From the sequence record ON568341.1: a stretch of DNA of 64,000 nt; one strand, written 5' to 3'. The notes beneath the pieces were generated by a model, which was not told where the DNA came from, made no database searches, and saw only the letters and a program-made list of their open reading frames with translations. Of the stretch, positions 38,028-51,000 are shown one piece after another (position 1 is the stretch's first letter; each line of letters begins with the position of its first letter). The position numbers were made by a program, and so were the translations under genes.

Positions 38028-41000
38028 TTATTTAACTAACAATATATTCTTAATATCATTCCCACTTACTCGTAGGCTATTAGTATACATTGAAAGGTCT
38101 ATTATGTAACTATTTTGAGTATAATGTTTAAATTTATCATAACTACCCAAATTAATACCATTAAAAGAATATGTAGTATTAAGTTTAAAATCATGCTCAG
38201 CACTATACATTACTCCACGGAGCAAATTATTTGCATTTCTGACTTCAACTTTTTCATATCCAATCGATATAATGTCATTCTTGTTAGCAGAAGAACTTAC
38301 TAACACATTATTTCTAACATTATAAGGACTTACTGATATAGGTTGTGCAACATACGTTGTATTTTCTTCACTGATAGTTGTTATGTTAGTGATAGTACCA
38401 CCGACAACACCTATATATATATCGTCAACCATTGGATATCCATAAACCCATATACCTTCATTGTTTTTGAATGGTTTGATAACATTCGCATCATATTCAA
38501 TTACGTTAATTTCTAAACAATCAGGCATTTTAGTTCTTACCAACTCACTAAGAACACCAGCCCCAGTAATTGGTAGGTTATACCCATTATCTATAGTAAT
38601 TCCATCGTCATTAAATATTTCGTTCGATACAATCCACACATCAACATCATCAGGTGTCATTCCGTCATTATACTTACCACCATTTAAAGTAGTATCATAA
38701 AAAACGTCATAATTGATCACATCAATAGTGTAATTTCGGTTTTGTTCATATAATTTAATATCATCTTTGACAAATTCTGAGTCAGAAAATGTTCTAACAC
38801 GAACGATGTTCAATGCAAGAGGCTGTACTGGCTCATTTTGTTGTGCAAGTGTGATATTATCATAACGAAGAACCGCACCAGAAGTATCAACTAATTCAAT
38901 CGTTTCCTTACCAGTAGTTCTTACTGTGAAAAGGATAGGAGTTGTATTATGTTTGATCTTAGATACACGCAATATGGTTTCCCATTTATGGTTTTGATAT
39001 CTTATAAAGTCTTCACCATCAGGAGTGAAAATCATCACCTTATCACCATCAGATAGGTCATTGTCAACAATTTCTGCTTCAGTCAAGCTATTAATAGATC
39101 TCACACGATAAAAATATTTTTCATCAAACGGTGCTGATTTTTTATTAATATCATTTTCAATCTTAGCATATGAAGGAATACTAACAATTGCTTCTGTGTG
39201 TTTATATGGATTTATAATTGCCATACCTTCAGTTTTATATCTACTATTATTACGCAATTGCACCAGTGACACGTTATCAAACCCATATCCATCAACAGTA
39301 AATCTAATATGTCCAACATCACGTCCAGATGGATTTATATCAGATATGTCAATAATATAAGGATCAACTTCATCGTCTTTAACTTCCCATTTTATGGTAG
39401 AAGTTTGTGATTCTAATGCAAGGTTATCAAATGCATTCATATCATTAAAGTACTTAGCTTCAGAAATACTTTTAAGTATATATTGATAGTTTGAATACAT
39501 TGGGTTATTTGTATCTTGTGGTAAATCATCAAGATTTATTTCCGCAAGTTCAACCATTTCACCATTTGTAATAAAATAATCTTCCATGAAATCATCAATA
39601 CTTCTGTTATCTGGTATACTTTGATATACACCATTAACATTTAAGTACACATATTTCCTTGGCATCATAGTAATAGCATAGATATCAATTGGTGTTTTTG
39701 AAAGAATTTCTTCCGCTTTTTCATACTTGTCGGTAGCATCTTTGTCAAACAATCCTCTCATACCAGCTAATACATGAACTGCATCTGAATAGAAACGCGT
39801 ATCTCCACCAACTTCGTCATAACGATAAACGTATACACCATATTCAACTTCTAGTTTTACTTTAATATCATAGTCTGATGCATCAGGATGTTCATCTTTA
39901 ATTAAAGAAATATATTTTTCATATAATTCTTTGCTTATTTCAAAATACCCATAGTTATAATCATTACTAGAAGAAAAACCTAATGGAAGTCTGGTGTTTG
40001 GATTATCATTGTAAGTCAAACCACTGAATCCACAACCAACGGCATCATGAATTTTATCATCACTGATATCTTTATAAAGTTTCAATCGGTTGGCTAATGT
40101 GTTATACTGAACATATTGTCTAAGGTCAGTAAACATTTCATTATGTGTTGATTCTTTATAAACGCGTTCTAACGTAGCTGTAAATTTATCAGTAGCTTCT
40201 AAATCATCTGCATGTTCTTTATACCACTTGTTTACACCATGTGCAGTTCCAAGTGTTACATCCAATTCTGGATAGTAGATTTGCATTAGATAAGCATTAA
40301 CAAGGTCAAACGAATTTTCATTATATTCTGGGAAAGAATATATGTAACGTTGTAATTCATAGTTATTAACAGAGTCTTTTTCATTGGTTTGATATTTTTT
40401 ATTAACATTAATTAAATCATTAATGTTTGCCAAATCTTCATTTGGTTTACATTGAATGTTATCATAATGCATAATAATATCAATTTCTTGGAATCTTCTA
40501 TGTGGGGAAATAAAATCACTAGGTAGTGCACCAACTTGTTCCCATTTTTTAGTAACTTCATTATATTGTGCGTACTCGTAATCCCAAATATCTTTTTCAG
40601 TTTTAATCCAAGAACCATCAACGAAAATATACCCATTAGGATCTAAATCGTTACAAAGACCTTTTATTAAATCATCATCAGATGTTTTTTGTTCTATTTG
40701 TGAACGAATTTTAGTTCTATAAGGTTTAACCTCTTCAAAGTACTCAACAATTTGATTAATCAAATTGTCATTTGAGTAATTTTGTACTAAAGATTGTTCC
40801 AAACCAACAATATAGATATAGGAAGTTTTAAATACCCAATCTACAACACTTTGTTCAACGTGAACATATTTTACCATATCAAAAACAATTTCACTTTGAT
40901 GTAAATCGAAAGAATGTTTGAGTAATGCTAGTGCTTTACGAACATTTATTTCACGATTACTAAGGGAACCGTTTTCATTATGAATACTATAGTCTGCATA

Positions 41001-44000
41001 AATCAAATCATTAAGTTCAATAGTGCTATGTTGACGACCAATAGCTTTCCAATAAATTGAATCACGCGATTGTGCTTTGATATACAACGTCCAAATATTT
41101 TCACTATCCGTAACTCTGATGATATCACCAACTTGATAATTTTTAGTATTTGCTTCTTCTAAACTAGTCTCTTGAATATAAGCTGTTTTGCTATCATACC
41201 CAACGTCATACCAATCAGCATACGACCAGTACTGAGTCATATCTAATGATGTTCCAAGTGATTCGACATAATCACTTTGCTTAATCATTTTATGTTGTCC
41301 CTCACCTTTATTTTCTAAAGTTATAGTAACAACATTTCCTGTATTGGCTGGGCTGTTCATTAACTGAATATATCCATTTTCATCAAAGTGAATGAAATAA
41401 ACTGCACTAGTGGATAAAGGATTTGGTAGATAACCACTGGAACTTAAAATAACAGCGTCATTTTCTTTAAATTTATCCTGCTCGACTGCAATCACTAATT
41501 CATTATTATAAGACAATACACGGAAAGAAACCTCATTAGGGTTAACTTCTGTTGTTTTGACATTAAACACATCTTCCATAACAACACTATTAGTGGTTAT
41601 GTTTTGTGATCTATAATAATTATTTGCACTTTCTACAAAGTTTCTTCGTGCATCAATTACATTCTGGAACCAGGTTTTATTGGAGCCTATACCATTATCA
41701 ACATCTGGATATAATAAATTTATCACCGAACCTGACTTGGTTGTTTCTTGTCCTATTAGTGAGTTCCACATTGAATCCCAAATTAATGGATTAAAGTTAT
41801 AGCTTTCACCCTCTTTACACAGTTGGTATTGATCATGTTTAACAACTTCAGTACTGTCCATATAGTAAGAAATAGTCAAAACACTAGTGTCATCATTGAC
41901 TTTAAACTGCATATTACTAAGGATAAAGGAGTTTTCATTAATTGGTGCAAACCAAGGAATGTTTAACTGTGATGGATCTTTAATAATACGTGCAATATCA
42001 GTACATGATTTAGTTCTGGTATGTAAAGGTGGTACATAAATTGTATCACGTACCCAGAAATAGTATTTTGTCACATAACTGTCAGTTGAGCTATCATATT
42101 CCAAAAATGTACTATAATTATCTTCAAGTGCAGTTCCGCTTGGAAGATACATATTATTATTTTTGTTTTTCTTAGCAACATCTTTACAGTACTTATCCCA
42201 GTTATATGGTTCTACTGGCGAGCATACCCACTCCAATACATCAATAGTGCTATGTGGCAACAAACGCCCCCAGTTGTATCGTTTGTATTCATTAGTAGCG
42301 TCAATATCAACATTACCATCTGCGTCATAAATGGCACGAGTATAATCCAAATAAAATGCAGTGCTTGTGTTCCACCATACTTGACCTACTTTATCTGCAC
42401 CCCAAGCTTGGACTAATTCACCATTACTATTATATTGTGCAGGGTCAATTGGTGAAGTATATGTCACGTTTTGCATAGCTGCACCTGGAATAACACCATT
42501 AATTGGGTCATAAACGTTTAGATATAATGCAGTAATATTTGTACGTTCATCATACGTTGTTGGTCGTTCAAATAGAGTGCTCTGTGGTGCTTTAAAGCTA
42601 TATTTTTTGTCAATATATTCTTGACGTTTATCAGCACTAGTGAATCGTGACACATAACGATACAAACGTGGACGAGTAGCCGGATCAGTAAATTCAATAT
42701 TAATTGAAGTATCAAATGGAACTACCATAACTTTAGGATCTTCGCCAGCAGTGTAATATTGACTTTCTACAGTTAAGGTATCTGGCATAAAATTCGTTTC
42801 ATCAACAAAATAATAATAATCGCCATCTTCAAGTGGGATTTTATCAGTCAATGTTACTTTACAGAATTGTTCAGCGTAAATATCGGTATTTTCGATTGGT
42901 GTTATAGAAACCATTTGCACATTAGTGTCAACTAATTCAAAAATGTTCCACAAACCATTACCATCTTTAAACATCCAAACTGATTCAGGATTTTCACCTT
43001 TACCATTAACATAAGAAATGCGGTCGTTATATGCAGTACTGAAATCTTTAGTAGTGTAAGATACTTCATCTAAGGTAACTGGACCAATATCAGGAAGTTG
43101 AATGTGTTCACTTCTCCCACTACGCATTGGAAATGAAAATTTTCCATTCGGGCGTGTAATCCAACGTGGGTCTTTACCTTGATCACCAAAATATACAACA
43201 TTATTACCAGTACCATTTGAAGTTGCATTTTCATCAAAAGACACCATTTGTGGTTGTTGTTTAAATTGGTCATTAATTAATTTAAATTGAAGATTTTTCT
43301 TACCATCAATATTACCATATGTACCAATTTTAAATGCCCATTCTTGTAATGCTTTATACTCATCAGTGTCATATGATTTAGAAACACGCAAAACACGTTC
43401 TAAAACTTGGTTAGTACCTTTATCATGAATAAATCCTTTATAAAAATCAACACGACTAACATCGCTACTAATCATACGTTGTAGATAATCACGGGATTGA
43501 TAGCCAATTAAATGACTAGACAATTCTTGTAATTGTACATCGCTTACTGGACTTTCATTATCATAGTAATGTTGGAAATCAGTTACTAATGTTTCAAATG
43601 AAGGAATTGTACCAGATTCTAATATAATAAAACCAGGTGCTTGTAATCTTCCAGTCCATGAACCAGTAATATAACCGTACATTTTGATTAGTTCCTGAAT
43701 AGAACCATATGTTGGTTGATAGATGTAATCACCAAAAATAGTTTTATCATCAAATATAACCGCATGTTCATATGAACACAAACTTAAACGAAGTAATGCA
43801 ATACGTTTATTAGAATCTAATGTTCTAACAGTGAAAATATTACCAATACGAGAAGTTTCGATTTCATACTGACGAATACCTTGGTTATTATCGTCAAGTA
43901 GTGACCATACTCCACCATTATTTTGTGTAATAGACTGAACTGAACCAAAATCTGAACCAAATTTTGCATTTGCTGCACTTGGTGTACAAGATATAAATTC

Positions 44001-47000
44001 ACCAGTTATAAGAGAATTCTGACTCCACATCACAAAATCTTTAGCAATAGTGTTCCAATCTTGTTGAACGCCGCCATCATTTACATCTTCGAAGATCCAT
44101 CCATGTTCTTTAAGATACTCCCCATAACCACAAATAAAAGTATAGACTTCTTGGTAACTGTTAAGAACTGTTCCATATTCAATAGAAGCCTCAGACTTCC
44201 ATTCATTGTAATGGACAACATTACGGTTTTCTAATTTAAGAGTTACTTTTCGACCATTTTTCACTGGGAGTTTATATTTAAATTTAGCCCCAACCAAGTC
44301 ATATCCATCTATTTGATATGCACTACCATTCCAGGTAATTTTGATAGCACTCATCTGTTCATCACGAATATTATTTGAACGTACAAGTCCAATTGTTTGG
44401 TTTTCTTGTGAAATCAACCCAAATGATTTAGCATTGAATGTTAGTTGGTCTGCTTTAGTAAATCCTCCAATTTTATGTCCTACATTTACATTAGAAGAAC
44501 GAACAACATCACCATATTTTGTAGTAATGTTTTTATTTTGATACATCAAATAATCACTAACGAACATTTGATACCCAATTGTTCTTGTGTTATTTTCACC
44601 ATGAACAGTGGTTTTTTTATCAAAATTGATACGATTACGGGTATCCCCATAAAGAAATTGTTCACCACCAGTGAATATTTCTTTTAAATTATCATTTCGG
44701 GTGTCCCAAAAATAGTTTGCGAATTGTGCTGGTTTAGCTTTATACAATAGCATCATTTGGTCATATGCAAATAATGTGGTATTCATGTAAGTAAATTCCA
44801 TGTCACCCATATCACCATATGCCCAAGGTTCGGCTCTATGATTTAAAGAACCAGATACTAAACCTAAAATCTCAGGGGCAATATACTCAACAACACAAAT
44901 ATCCACTCCAGAGGATGTTTTATTTCCAGTTTTTGTAATTTTAAATGGTTGTACACCAAATCTTCTATATTTGTCATACTGACCACGGCGGTCACCAGAT
45001 AAAATTGTACCAGTACTACTATCCCCGATAGTATCATTAATATTCCACAGACCACTAGGAACTAAATCACCTTGTTCATCAGTGACAAGTGCTTCATATA
45101 CATATACAACATCACCATCACGTTCACCAACTTGAACAGCAGTTGGTTCATATTCTTGATTCCACCAAGTAGGACGTTGTGTAAATCCAAACATTTCCCA
45201 TGGATGTGTTGCTGGACGATATGTACCATATTGGTCAGTATAGATTGCACGCCACGAACCACGAGCAGGAATTTCAGTACTTTTACCATTGACCATATAA
45301 TAGGTTCCAGTGTAGTTCCATGTTCTCCAGTTACTGGGATCATAATCATGTGTACTATTACTAATACCATTGGATGCTGTAAAGTTAATATAACCACGCA
45401 ATAAAAGTGTTTGTTTCTCTTCCGCACTATATTCAGTTTTTGTAAAATATGGTGTAGGGAAAAGGTCATCACTATTCAATACTGGAACATAATCAACATC
45501 TTTGAATTTATTATCAATACTATTAAAAATTCTATTTTCTAACTCATAAACAACATCATCCATTTTATCAACACCATTAATTACACGGTATGCTTTTGAA
45601 ATAATACCAGTATGACTAATGTTATAAAAGCTTGGTTTACTACCAGCAGTTAGAAATGTAGCTTTCTCAGGAACATATGCTTGTAAAATACCCAAAAACT
45701 GTGGTGTTGGTGGTATAAATGCACGAACAAGTCCAGATGTGCTTCCTACATTATCATAATAGAACGGGAATGAGCTGTCGCGTCCCATATTGATAGTAGT
45801 TAAAATAGAATCAACAATATTTGCTGCACTATTTTGTAAAAAGTTAGATGGATTTTCATTATACATACGAAGCATTTGAGTATTAAATTTATTAATGAAT
45901 CGGAAATATTCAGATTGCATAAACATAGTTGCTTCAAATAAATCAATATCTTCATTTGCGGTATGAGCCATCAATGGAAGCATAGAAGCTTCATTTTGAA
46001 TAATTTTAGTTCCTACTCCATTATTCACTAATCCCTTAGCTAAACGTTCTTCATAATCGTTGAAGTCATCAGCATAACCACTAGTGATATTCTGTTGAAT
46101 AATATCCTGAAAATGTAGAGTATAGTCTCCTTGATTAATATATATAATATTGGAGTTATATGGGTTATTTTGTAAGTTAATCGGAACTTCATATGCACCT
46201 AATTCTTTATCAGGTGTTACGGTTCTACTATAAGTTCTAATTTGAATAACAGAATCATCATCTAAATCTACCGAACTATCAAGTGTGATGCTTTGTACTT
46301 GGCCTTTTGATACATTCTTTGTATATTTTGATACATTAACACCATCGACATTAACTTCAATAATATCAGAATCATTATCTAAAACTTTTTGAGCTAATTC
46401 AAACGTATGATCATATTTTAAAATCTGAATACCATCACCACTAATCTGATGCCAGTCCAAATAAGTTTCACGTTCTGCTTTATAGTACTGATATGTTCTA
46501 TCAACTTCAATAACATATGCATACATACCATCAACAGGTTCTTTGAACACTTCCATGTCATATACAGTACTGAATACTCGATACATGTCAGTGCGTTGGA
46601 CCTGTGGAGTTTGTTTTACATATTGTTTAGAGTATTCGTTTGAACGAACCCAATCAGTTTTTAGATTCATTTTATTATTTTCATCAATAATGTTATAATA
46701 ATACAATCCACCAATTTCAACTTCAACACCAAGATGATCATATGTATAACGTTGTGATTGCAAAAAGTTTTCATAGGTGTAATAGTTATAATCACCAAGT
46801 TCAATGTTATACCCATATACACTATCAGTAGCGTAATTATAATTTATTTTAAAACCAAATAATTGTGAACCTTTAAAGTTACTGGATGGGTATGTTGTAC
46901 TATTATCTAGTTTAATCCCATTGCGATCATAAAGTTGGAATTTTGGGAAGACGTTAACACTAGGTTTAGACTGTGCACGAACCCACAAATTACCATTCCA

Positions 47001-47996
47001 AAACATAGAACTATTACCATATTCATTACCTTTGGTAATTAAAACAACATCTCCATCCTGTGGTTCACCACTTGGACGAGATTCTGATTCTTCATCGGGG
47101 TCTAGTGCTAAGCCATAAACACGTGTACCATCTTGCATTTTTTTAACATATACTTTATAAATCCTATTGTTTTCACCATCGTTACCAATACTAGTGAATA
47201 GAATACGCATACCATCTTGTGGAATAATACCATCAATACGAATACCACTATTGACATCTTTTTGGATAATATCTTCAGGTTTAATATTATCAGAAAAAAG
47301 TTCAACTGTACCACGGAATTTCGTACCGTAGTTAATTAGCTCAATGTTTTTATTATATTCAATAATTGGTGCACGAGCACGAATAAAACGAGCATCTTGC
47401 ATTAATTCTTCGGTCAAGATTGAACCATCTTCCAGTGTCTCACCTAAAGTATACCAAAAGTTTTGTAATGACCAAGTATTACCATTAAGTGCACCACGTT
47501 CCATGACAATGTAGTCAGGAGTAGTAATATTATAAGAGTTTTTTGTATCCCAAAGATATGAGCTAAAATTATTCATTTTATTTGGGTTAATTGCAGGTGT
47601 CCATGCGTAAAACTTACCGTTAAATAAGCGACTTTCATTATCGGTTAGTGCTCCATAATGACTCATGTACCCAACCAGATCATCATAAAATTGAATTGAA
47701 CGAATAGTCGAATCATCATTTTTAGAGACGTAAGCAGTGGACAACTGATATAGTTGTCGAGCAACAGTACTTTCGTGTAAAAAGATATTACCAGCAGCGG
47801 CTGGAGAACCCATATCACCAATATAACCGTCAACTAATTCGTTTTCAGCCGGATTAAACCATTGTTGAATAACATCATCACTGACTTTCTGAATATCTTC
47901 TAAGCCTTGCATCCACTCAGGCAATCTTTTAATAAAAAGCTTTTTCTGTACTGCTTCAGCCATCTGTGTAGGTTGAAACTTAAAATTATTAGTCAT
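38028..47996 (-). CDS. Giant (~3,320 aa) baseplate-associated virion protein (gp7 position by synteny)
   Basis: Uninterrupted ORF directly after the gp6-like gene. Start moved to MTNNFKF (GGAG RBS). TAAATA at 48034-48039. Function inferred from position only. Confidence 0.65.
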   Translation of the reverse strand: MTNNFKFQPTQMAEAVQKKLFIKRLPEWMQGLEDIQKVSDDVIQQWFNPAENELVDGYIGDMGSPAAAGNIFLHESTVARQLYQLSTAYVSKNDDSTIRSIQFYDDLVGYMSHYGALTDNESRLFNGKFYAWTPAINPNKMNNFSSYLWDTKNSYNITTPDYIVMERGALNGNTWSLQNFWYTLGETLEDGSILTEELMQDARFIRARAPIIEYNKNIELINYGTKFRGTVELFSDNIKPEDIIQKDVNSGIRIDGIIPQDGMRILFTSIGNDGENNRIYKVYVKKMQDGTRVYGLALDPDEESESRPSGEPQDGDVVLITKGNEYGNSSMFWNGNLWVRAQSKPSVNVFPKFQLYDRNGIKLDNSTTYPSSNFKGSQLFGFKINYNYATDSVYGYNIELGDYNYYTYENFLQSQRYTYDHLGVEVEIGGLYYYNIIDENNKMNLKTDWVRSNEYSKQYVKQTPQVQRTDMYRVFSTVYDMEVFKEPVDGMYAYVIEVDRTYQYYKAERETYLDWHQISGDGIQILKYDHTFELAQKVLDNDSDIIEVNVDGVNVSKYTKNVSKGQVQSITLDSSVDLDDDSVIQIRTYSRTVTPDKELGAYEVPINLQNNPYNSNIIYINQGDYTLHFQDIIQQNITSGYADDFNDYEERLAKGLVNNGVGTKIIQNEASMLPLMAHTANEDIDLFEATMFMQSEYFRFINKFNTQMLRMYNENPSNFLQNSAANIVDSILTTINMGRDSSFPFYYDNVGSTSGLVRAFIPPTPQFLGILQAYVPEKATFLTAGSKPSFYNISHTGIISKAYRVINGVDKMDDVVYELENRIFNSIDNKFKDVDYVPVLNSDDLFPTPYFTKTEYSAEEKQTLLLRGYINFTASNGISNSTHDYDPSNWRTWNYTGTYYMVNGKSTEIPARGSWRAIYTDQYGTYRPATHPWEMFGFTQRPTWWNQEYEPTAVQVGERDGDVVYVYEALVTDEQGDLVPSGLWNINDTIGDSSTGTILSGDRRGQYDKYRRFGVQPFKITKTGNKTSSGVDICVVEYIAPEILGLVSGSLNHRAEPWAYGDMGDMEFTYMNTTLFAYDQMMLLYKAKPAQFANYFWDTRNDNLKEIFTGGEQFLYGDTRNRINFDKKTTVHGENNTRTIGYQMFVSDYLMYQNKNITTKYGDVVRSSNVNVGHKIGGFTKADQLTFNAKSFGLISQENQTIGLVRSNNIRDEQMSAIKITWNGSAYQIDGYDLVGAKFKYKLPVKNGRKVTLKLENRNVVHYNEWKSEASIEYGTVLNSYQEVYTFICGYGEYLKEHGWIFEDVNDGGVQQDWNTIAKDFVMWSQNSLITGEFISCTPSAANAKFGSDFGSVQSITQNNGGVWSLLDDNNQGIRQYEIETSRIGNIFTVRTLDSNKRIALLRLSLCSYEHAVIFDDKTIFGDYIYQPTYGSIQELIKMYGYITGSWTGRLQAPGFIILESGTIPSFETLVTDFQHYYDNESPVSDVQLQELSSHLIGYQSRDYLQRMISSDVSRVDFYKGFIHDKGTNQVLERVLRVSKSYDTDEYKALQEWAFKIGTYGNIDGKKNLQFKLINDQFKQQPQMVSFDENATSNGTGNNVVYFGDQGKDPRWITRPNGKFSFPMRSGRSEHIQLPDIGPVTLDEVSYTTKDFSTAYNDRISYVNGKGENPESVWMFKDGNGLWNIFELVDTNVQMVSITPIENTDIYAEQFCKVTLTDKIPLEDGDYYYFVDETNFMPDTLTVESQYYTAGEDPKVMVVPFDTSINIEFTDPATRPRLYRYVSRFTSADKRQEYIDKKYSFKAPQSTLFERPTTYDERTNITALYLNVYDPINGVIPGAAMQNVTYTSPIDPAQYNSNGELVQAWGADKVGQVWWNTSTAFYLDYTRAIYDADGNVDIDATNEYKRYNWGRLLPHSTIDVLEWVCSPVEPYNWDKYCKDVAKKNKNNNMYLPSGTALEDNYSTFLEYDSSTDSYVTKYYFWVRDTIYVPPLHTRTKSCTDIARIIKDPSQLNIPWFAPINENSFILSNMQFKVNDDTSVLTISYYMDSTEVVKHDQYQLCKEGESYNFNPLIWDSMWNSLIGQETTKSGSVINLLYPDVDNGIGSNKTWFQNVIDARRNFVESANNYYRSQNITTNSVVMEDVFNVKTTEVNPNEVSFRVLSYNNELVIAVEQDKFKENDAVILSSSGYLPNPLSTSAVYFIHFDENGYIQLMNSPANTGNVVTITLENKGEGQHKMIKQSDYVESLGTSLDMTQYWSYADWYDVGYDSKTAYIQETSLEEANTKNYQVGDIIRVTDSENIWTLYIKAQSRDSIYWKAIGRQHSTIELNDLIYADYSIHNENGSLSNREINVRKALALLKHSFDLHQSEIVFDMVKYVHVEQSVVDWVFKTSYIYIVGLEQSLVQNYSNDNLINQIVEYFEEVKPYRTKIRSQIEQKTSDDDLIKGLCNDLDPNGYIFVDGSWIKTEKDIWDYEYAQYNEVTKKWEQVGALPSDFISPHRRFQEIDIIMHYDNIQCKPNEDLANINDLINVNKKYQTNEKDSVNNYELQRYIYSFPEYNENSFDLVNAYLMQIYYPELDVTLGTAHGVNKWYKEHADDLEATDKFTATLERVYKESTHNEMFTDLRQYVQYNTLANRLKLYKDISDDKIHDAVGCGFSGLTYNDNPNTRLPLGFSSSNDYNYGYFEISKELYEKYISLIKDEHPDASDYDIKVKLEVEYGVYVYRYDEVGGDTRFYSDAVHVLAGMRGLFDKDATDKYEKAEEILSKTPIDIYAITMMPRKYVYLNVNGVYQSIPDNRSIDDFMEDYFITNGEMVELAEINLDDLPQDTNNPMYSNYQYILKSISEAKYFNDMNAFDNLALESQTSTIKWEVKDDEVDPYIIDISDINPSGRDVGHIRFTVDGYGFDNVSLVQLRNNSRYKTEGMAIINPYKHTEAIVSIPSYAKIENDINKKSAPFDEKYFYRVRSINSLTEAEIVDNDLSDGDKVMIFTPDGEDFIRYQNHKWETILRVSKIKHNTTPILFTVRTTGKETIELVDTSGAVLRYDNITLAQQNEPVQPLALNIVRVRTFSDSEFVKDDIKLYEQNRNYTIDVINYDVFYDTTLNGGKYNDGMTPDDVDVWIVSNEIFNDDGITIDNGYNLPITGAGVLSELVRTKMPDCLEINVIEYDANVIKPFKNNEGIWVYGYPMVDDIYIGVVGGTITNITTISEENTTYVAQPISVSPYNVRNNVLVSSSANKNDIISIGYEKVEVRNANNLLRGVMYSAEHDFKLNTTYSFNGINLGSYDKFKHYTQNSYIIDLSMYTNSLRVSGNDIKNILLVK

Positions 47997-48044
47997 TTTC
48001 TGGACTCCATATAATTCGTTCATTCATTTATTTTATTTATTAGA

Positions 48045-48069
48045 TAAAAAAGGCGTTCCGAAGAACGCC
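48045..48069 (-). terminator. Intrinsic terminator (minus strand)
   Basis: GGCGTTC-CGAA-GAACGCC with an A-run on the left. Confidence 0.8.
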
Positions 48070-48078
48070 AGTGTAATA

Positions 48079-51000
48079 TTAAGAACCAATATTTATATTG
48101 CTTTTAGCTAATGAGTTAACTATTTGAACATTTTCTACTGATGCCGTACTCAAAAATATTTGGTCCGAACGTGATGGAATTTCAAATAGTGACCCAAATT
48201 TTGAATTTGGATTTTGTGCAACAATAACAATTGTACTAATATGTCTCCCCAATTGGGAATGTATATAAGTACACAAATCAGTGTAATAGAAACTTTCACC
48301 AAAATCCCAATTATCAACATTAAAATATTCATTTGTTAATGCAATAACATTTTGACGAATTTCATCGTCACTCATAGTACTATTTGGTAATTTAACAACT
48401 TTAAAATCAGCTTTATAGTCTTCAGCAGCACTATTGCCAAACAATGGTAGGTACTCTGCACTATGCCAAATAATACTGTCACTGATGACAATTTTTTGCT
48501 CAACATCTTTGAACATATTTTTCAATTCAACTGATGTAGGTGGTTTTGGGATACTTCCAACTGCATTATTTTTCAACCACACATCAACTTCGGTTTTATA
48601 CGAGTTAGTTAGAACATACATATCAATTAAGTTTGTTCTACTTGGATCAATGCGATTATCGTCAGGTGCATAATGTTTCCAATGGAAGTCAATACTTGTA
48701 CGAGCATTTGTTTTGACTGTGTATTGTGCAGTAACATCTTTATAACCATAGTAATCCAACTTCTGATTCTCATCAGAATTAGTACCCATGTTGTTAATTG
48801 TACGATAAAATGCGAGTTCTGGTGTAACAGTTATGGTGTCATCTGAATATGTCAAATTACTAATTAATTGACCCAAACGATCATTGTTGTTACCAACGGT
48901 TTGTTCGATGAAATAATATTTACCATCATATTTAAAACACACTAAGAATCCAGAACCTTTACTGTACAATCCACTCAATGAGTTAGAACGAATTGCATTA
49001 TTTCGTACAAATTCAGTTCTTTTATATGTATTAGGTTCAGCTAATGCTTGTTCCATCGTATAAGACCAAGATGAATCTAGAAACGTGAATGTATCATTTG
49101 GTAAAGATAGAACTGAAATAGTAAAATCATTATTTTCTTTGAATATCAAAATACCACCATATTTCAATGCATCAGTACCTGACCATTCTGGAACAATTTC
49201 TTTAAATTGGTTTGGTTCCAATGGTATACCATTACTATCTACTTTTCTAGATGTGACAATAATACGAGAGCCATCAAGATATCCATTTTCTTGCTGTATT
49301 GTATCATAAATTTGAAAATCAATATTACTCGTCAGTCCAGAATTGTTAGTACTGGTGGTGTTCGAAGATAAAATTTCAATCTTATCGCTTTGAACAGTGC
49401 CAGTACTAATATCAGTTATTTTTTTGGATGAAACAAAGTAAAATTTCACTTTATCCCCACCAACGAATATATATTCAATACCATTAGCGTCAAATTCCCA
49501 AGTTTCTGCTGTATATTTTACATTTATAACAACCAAAACTTCATGACCATTATACATAATAGTATCATCATTCGTACTTACTTCTACCGGAACCCATGCA
49601 GTTGTTTCTTTGTCATGCACAATGACAAAATCAGTTTTCTTATCCAACATTGCAGAAATAGATTGAACTTCAACGGAATCAAACCTAGTTCTATATGGTA
49701 ATATATAATCAATTGCTTGCATTCTACTTGGTACGGATGTACTTAATACATAAAACCCATTATCTAATACACTAACAATACTTGCCCATACTGTAGTGGT
49801 AGAGTTAGAAAATTTAATCAAAGTACCCACCTGATACGAGCCATATACAGTCCCAGATGAACCCAAAATTCTACCATATGTATTTGTAGTATAATTTGAA
49901 TTATATACAGGCGTCCATGATTGTTGGATTTCAATGCCAATCGTATTGGAAGGGTAAGCTTGATAGCGTTGTATTACCGCATTTTCACCAATCAATGGTT
50001 GAATATTATCAATAACAATGCTGGCATTAGTTTTTGTTGTTGGTAGTAATAGTGACCTATTAAATTTAGTATTTTCTTGATATAATGCCCCGTCATCACT
50101 AAACACATCAGTGTTTTGGTATTTTCCAGTAGGATCATTGATGTCAATAAATCTAGACTGACCACTATAAATTCTATTAATAGCTTTCGACTTAAGCACT
50201 GTATTCCCTAAACTAAGGGGTGCTATATTATAATCTTCACCATTAACAAAGCGGTTTTGTGTATAGTACATTTGTGGTGCACGTGCTTTAATCTGCTCAA
50301 TTGTCTCAGCACTTTGTGCACGATCTGATTCATATTGTAATGAAAAACGTACATCCAACGTACTAGATTCATAACTTGATTGTGTTTTAGTTCGATATGT
50401 ATACTTTACACTTTTATTTTGAATTTCTGATGTTTTAATGTTATACGTTTTACCATTACTGACGCGATACCACACGCGAAAAGTTCCACGCGGCACAACA
50501 CCACTTCTAGAATCTGGATATTTAATTGTTATTTGGTCTTTGTCACGTGTTGAAACAGCAAAAATTGTTTTTAATTGACGGTTAACCGTATTATATGCAA
50601 TACTTTCCATAGATGGTACTTTTGTCCATTTCGCACGCACAATACCATCTTCATTAATTTCTTGAACCCAAACATCAGTTTCGTTTATATTATCAACGTT
50701 TACATCTTGTATTCTATTTTCTTCACGAATATTATATTGATAATCTTGATATGTCAACGTCCCTTGTATAAAATATACAAAAAAACCAGTATTTGGTGAA
50801 CTGAATCCATTACCATCATTTTGATAGACAATATATTTTTGTTCTTGCGGTTCTGGGTGACGTTCCTCAACACCAACGGATGTAATGTCAGGGTTTACCA
50901 CTTCAAATGTCATAGATTCACCATTTACTGTTGCAACAAATGGTATACTTGGTGCAGTCATTGGAATTGTATTCATCCTATACAATTGTCGAGATACACC

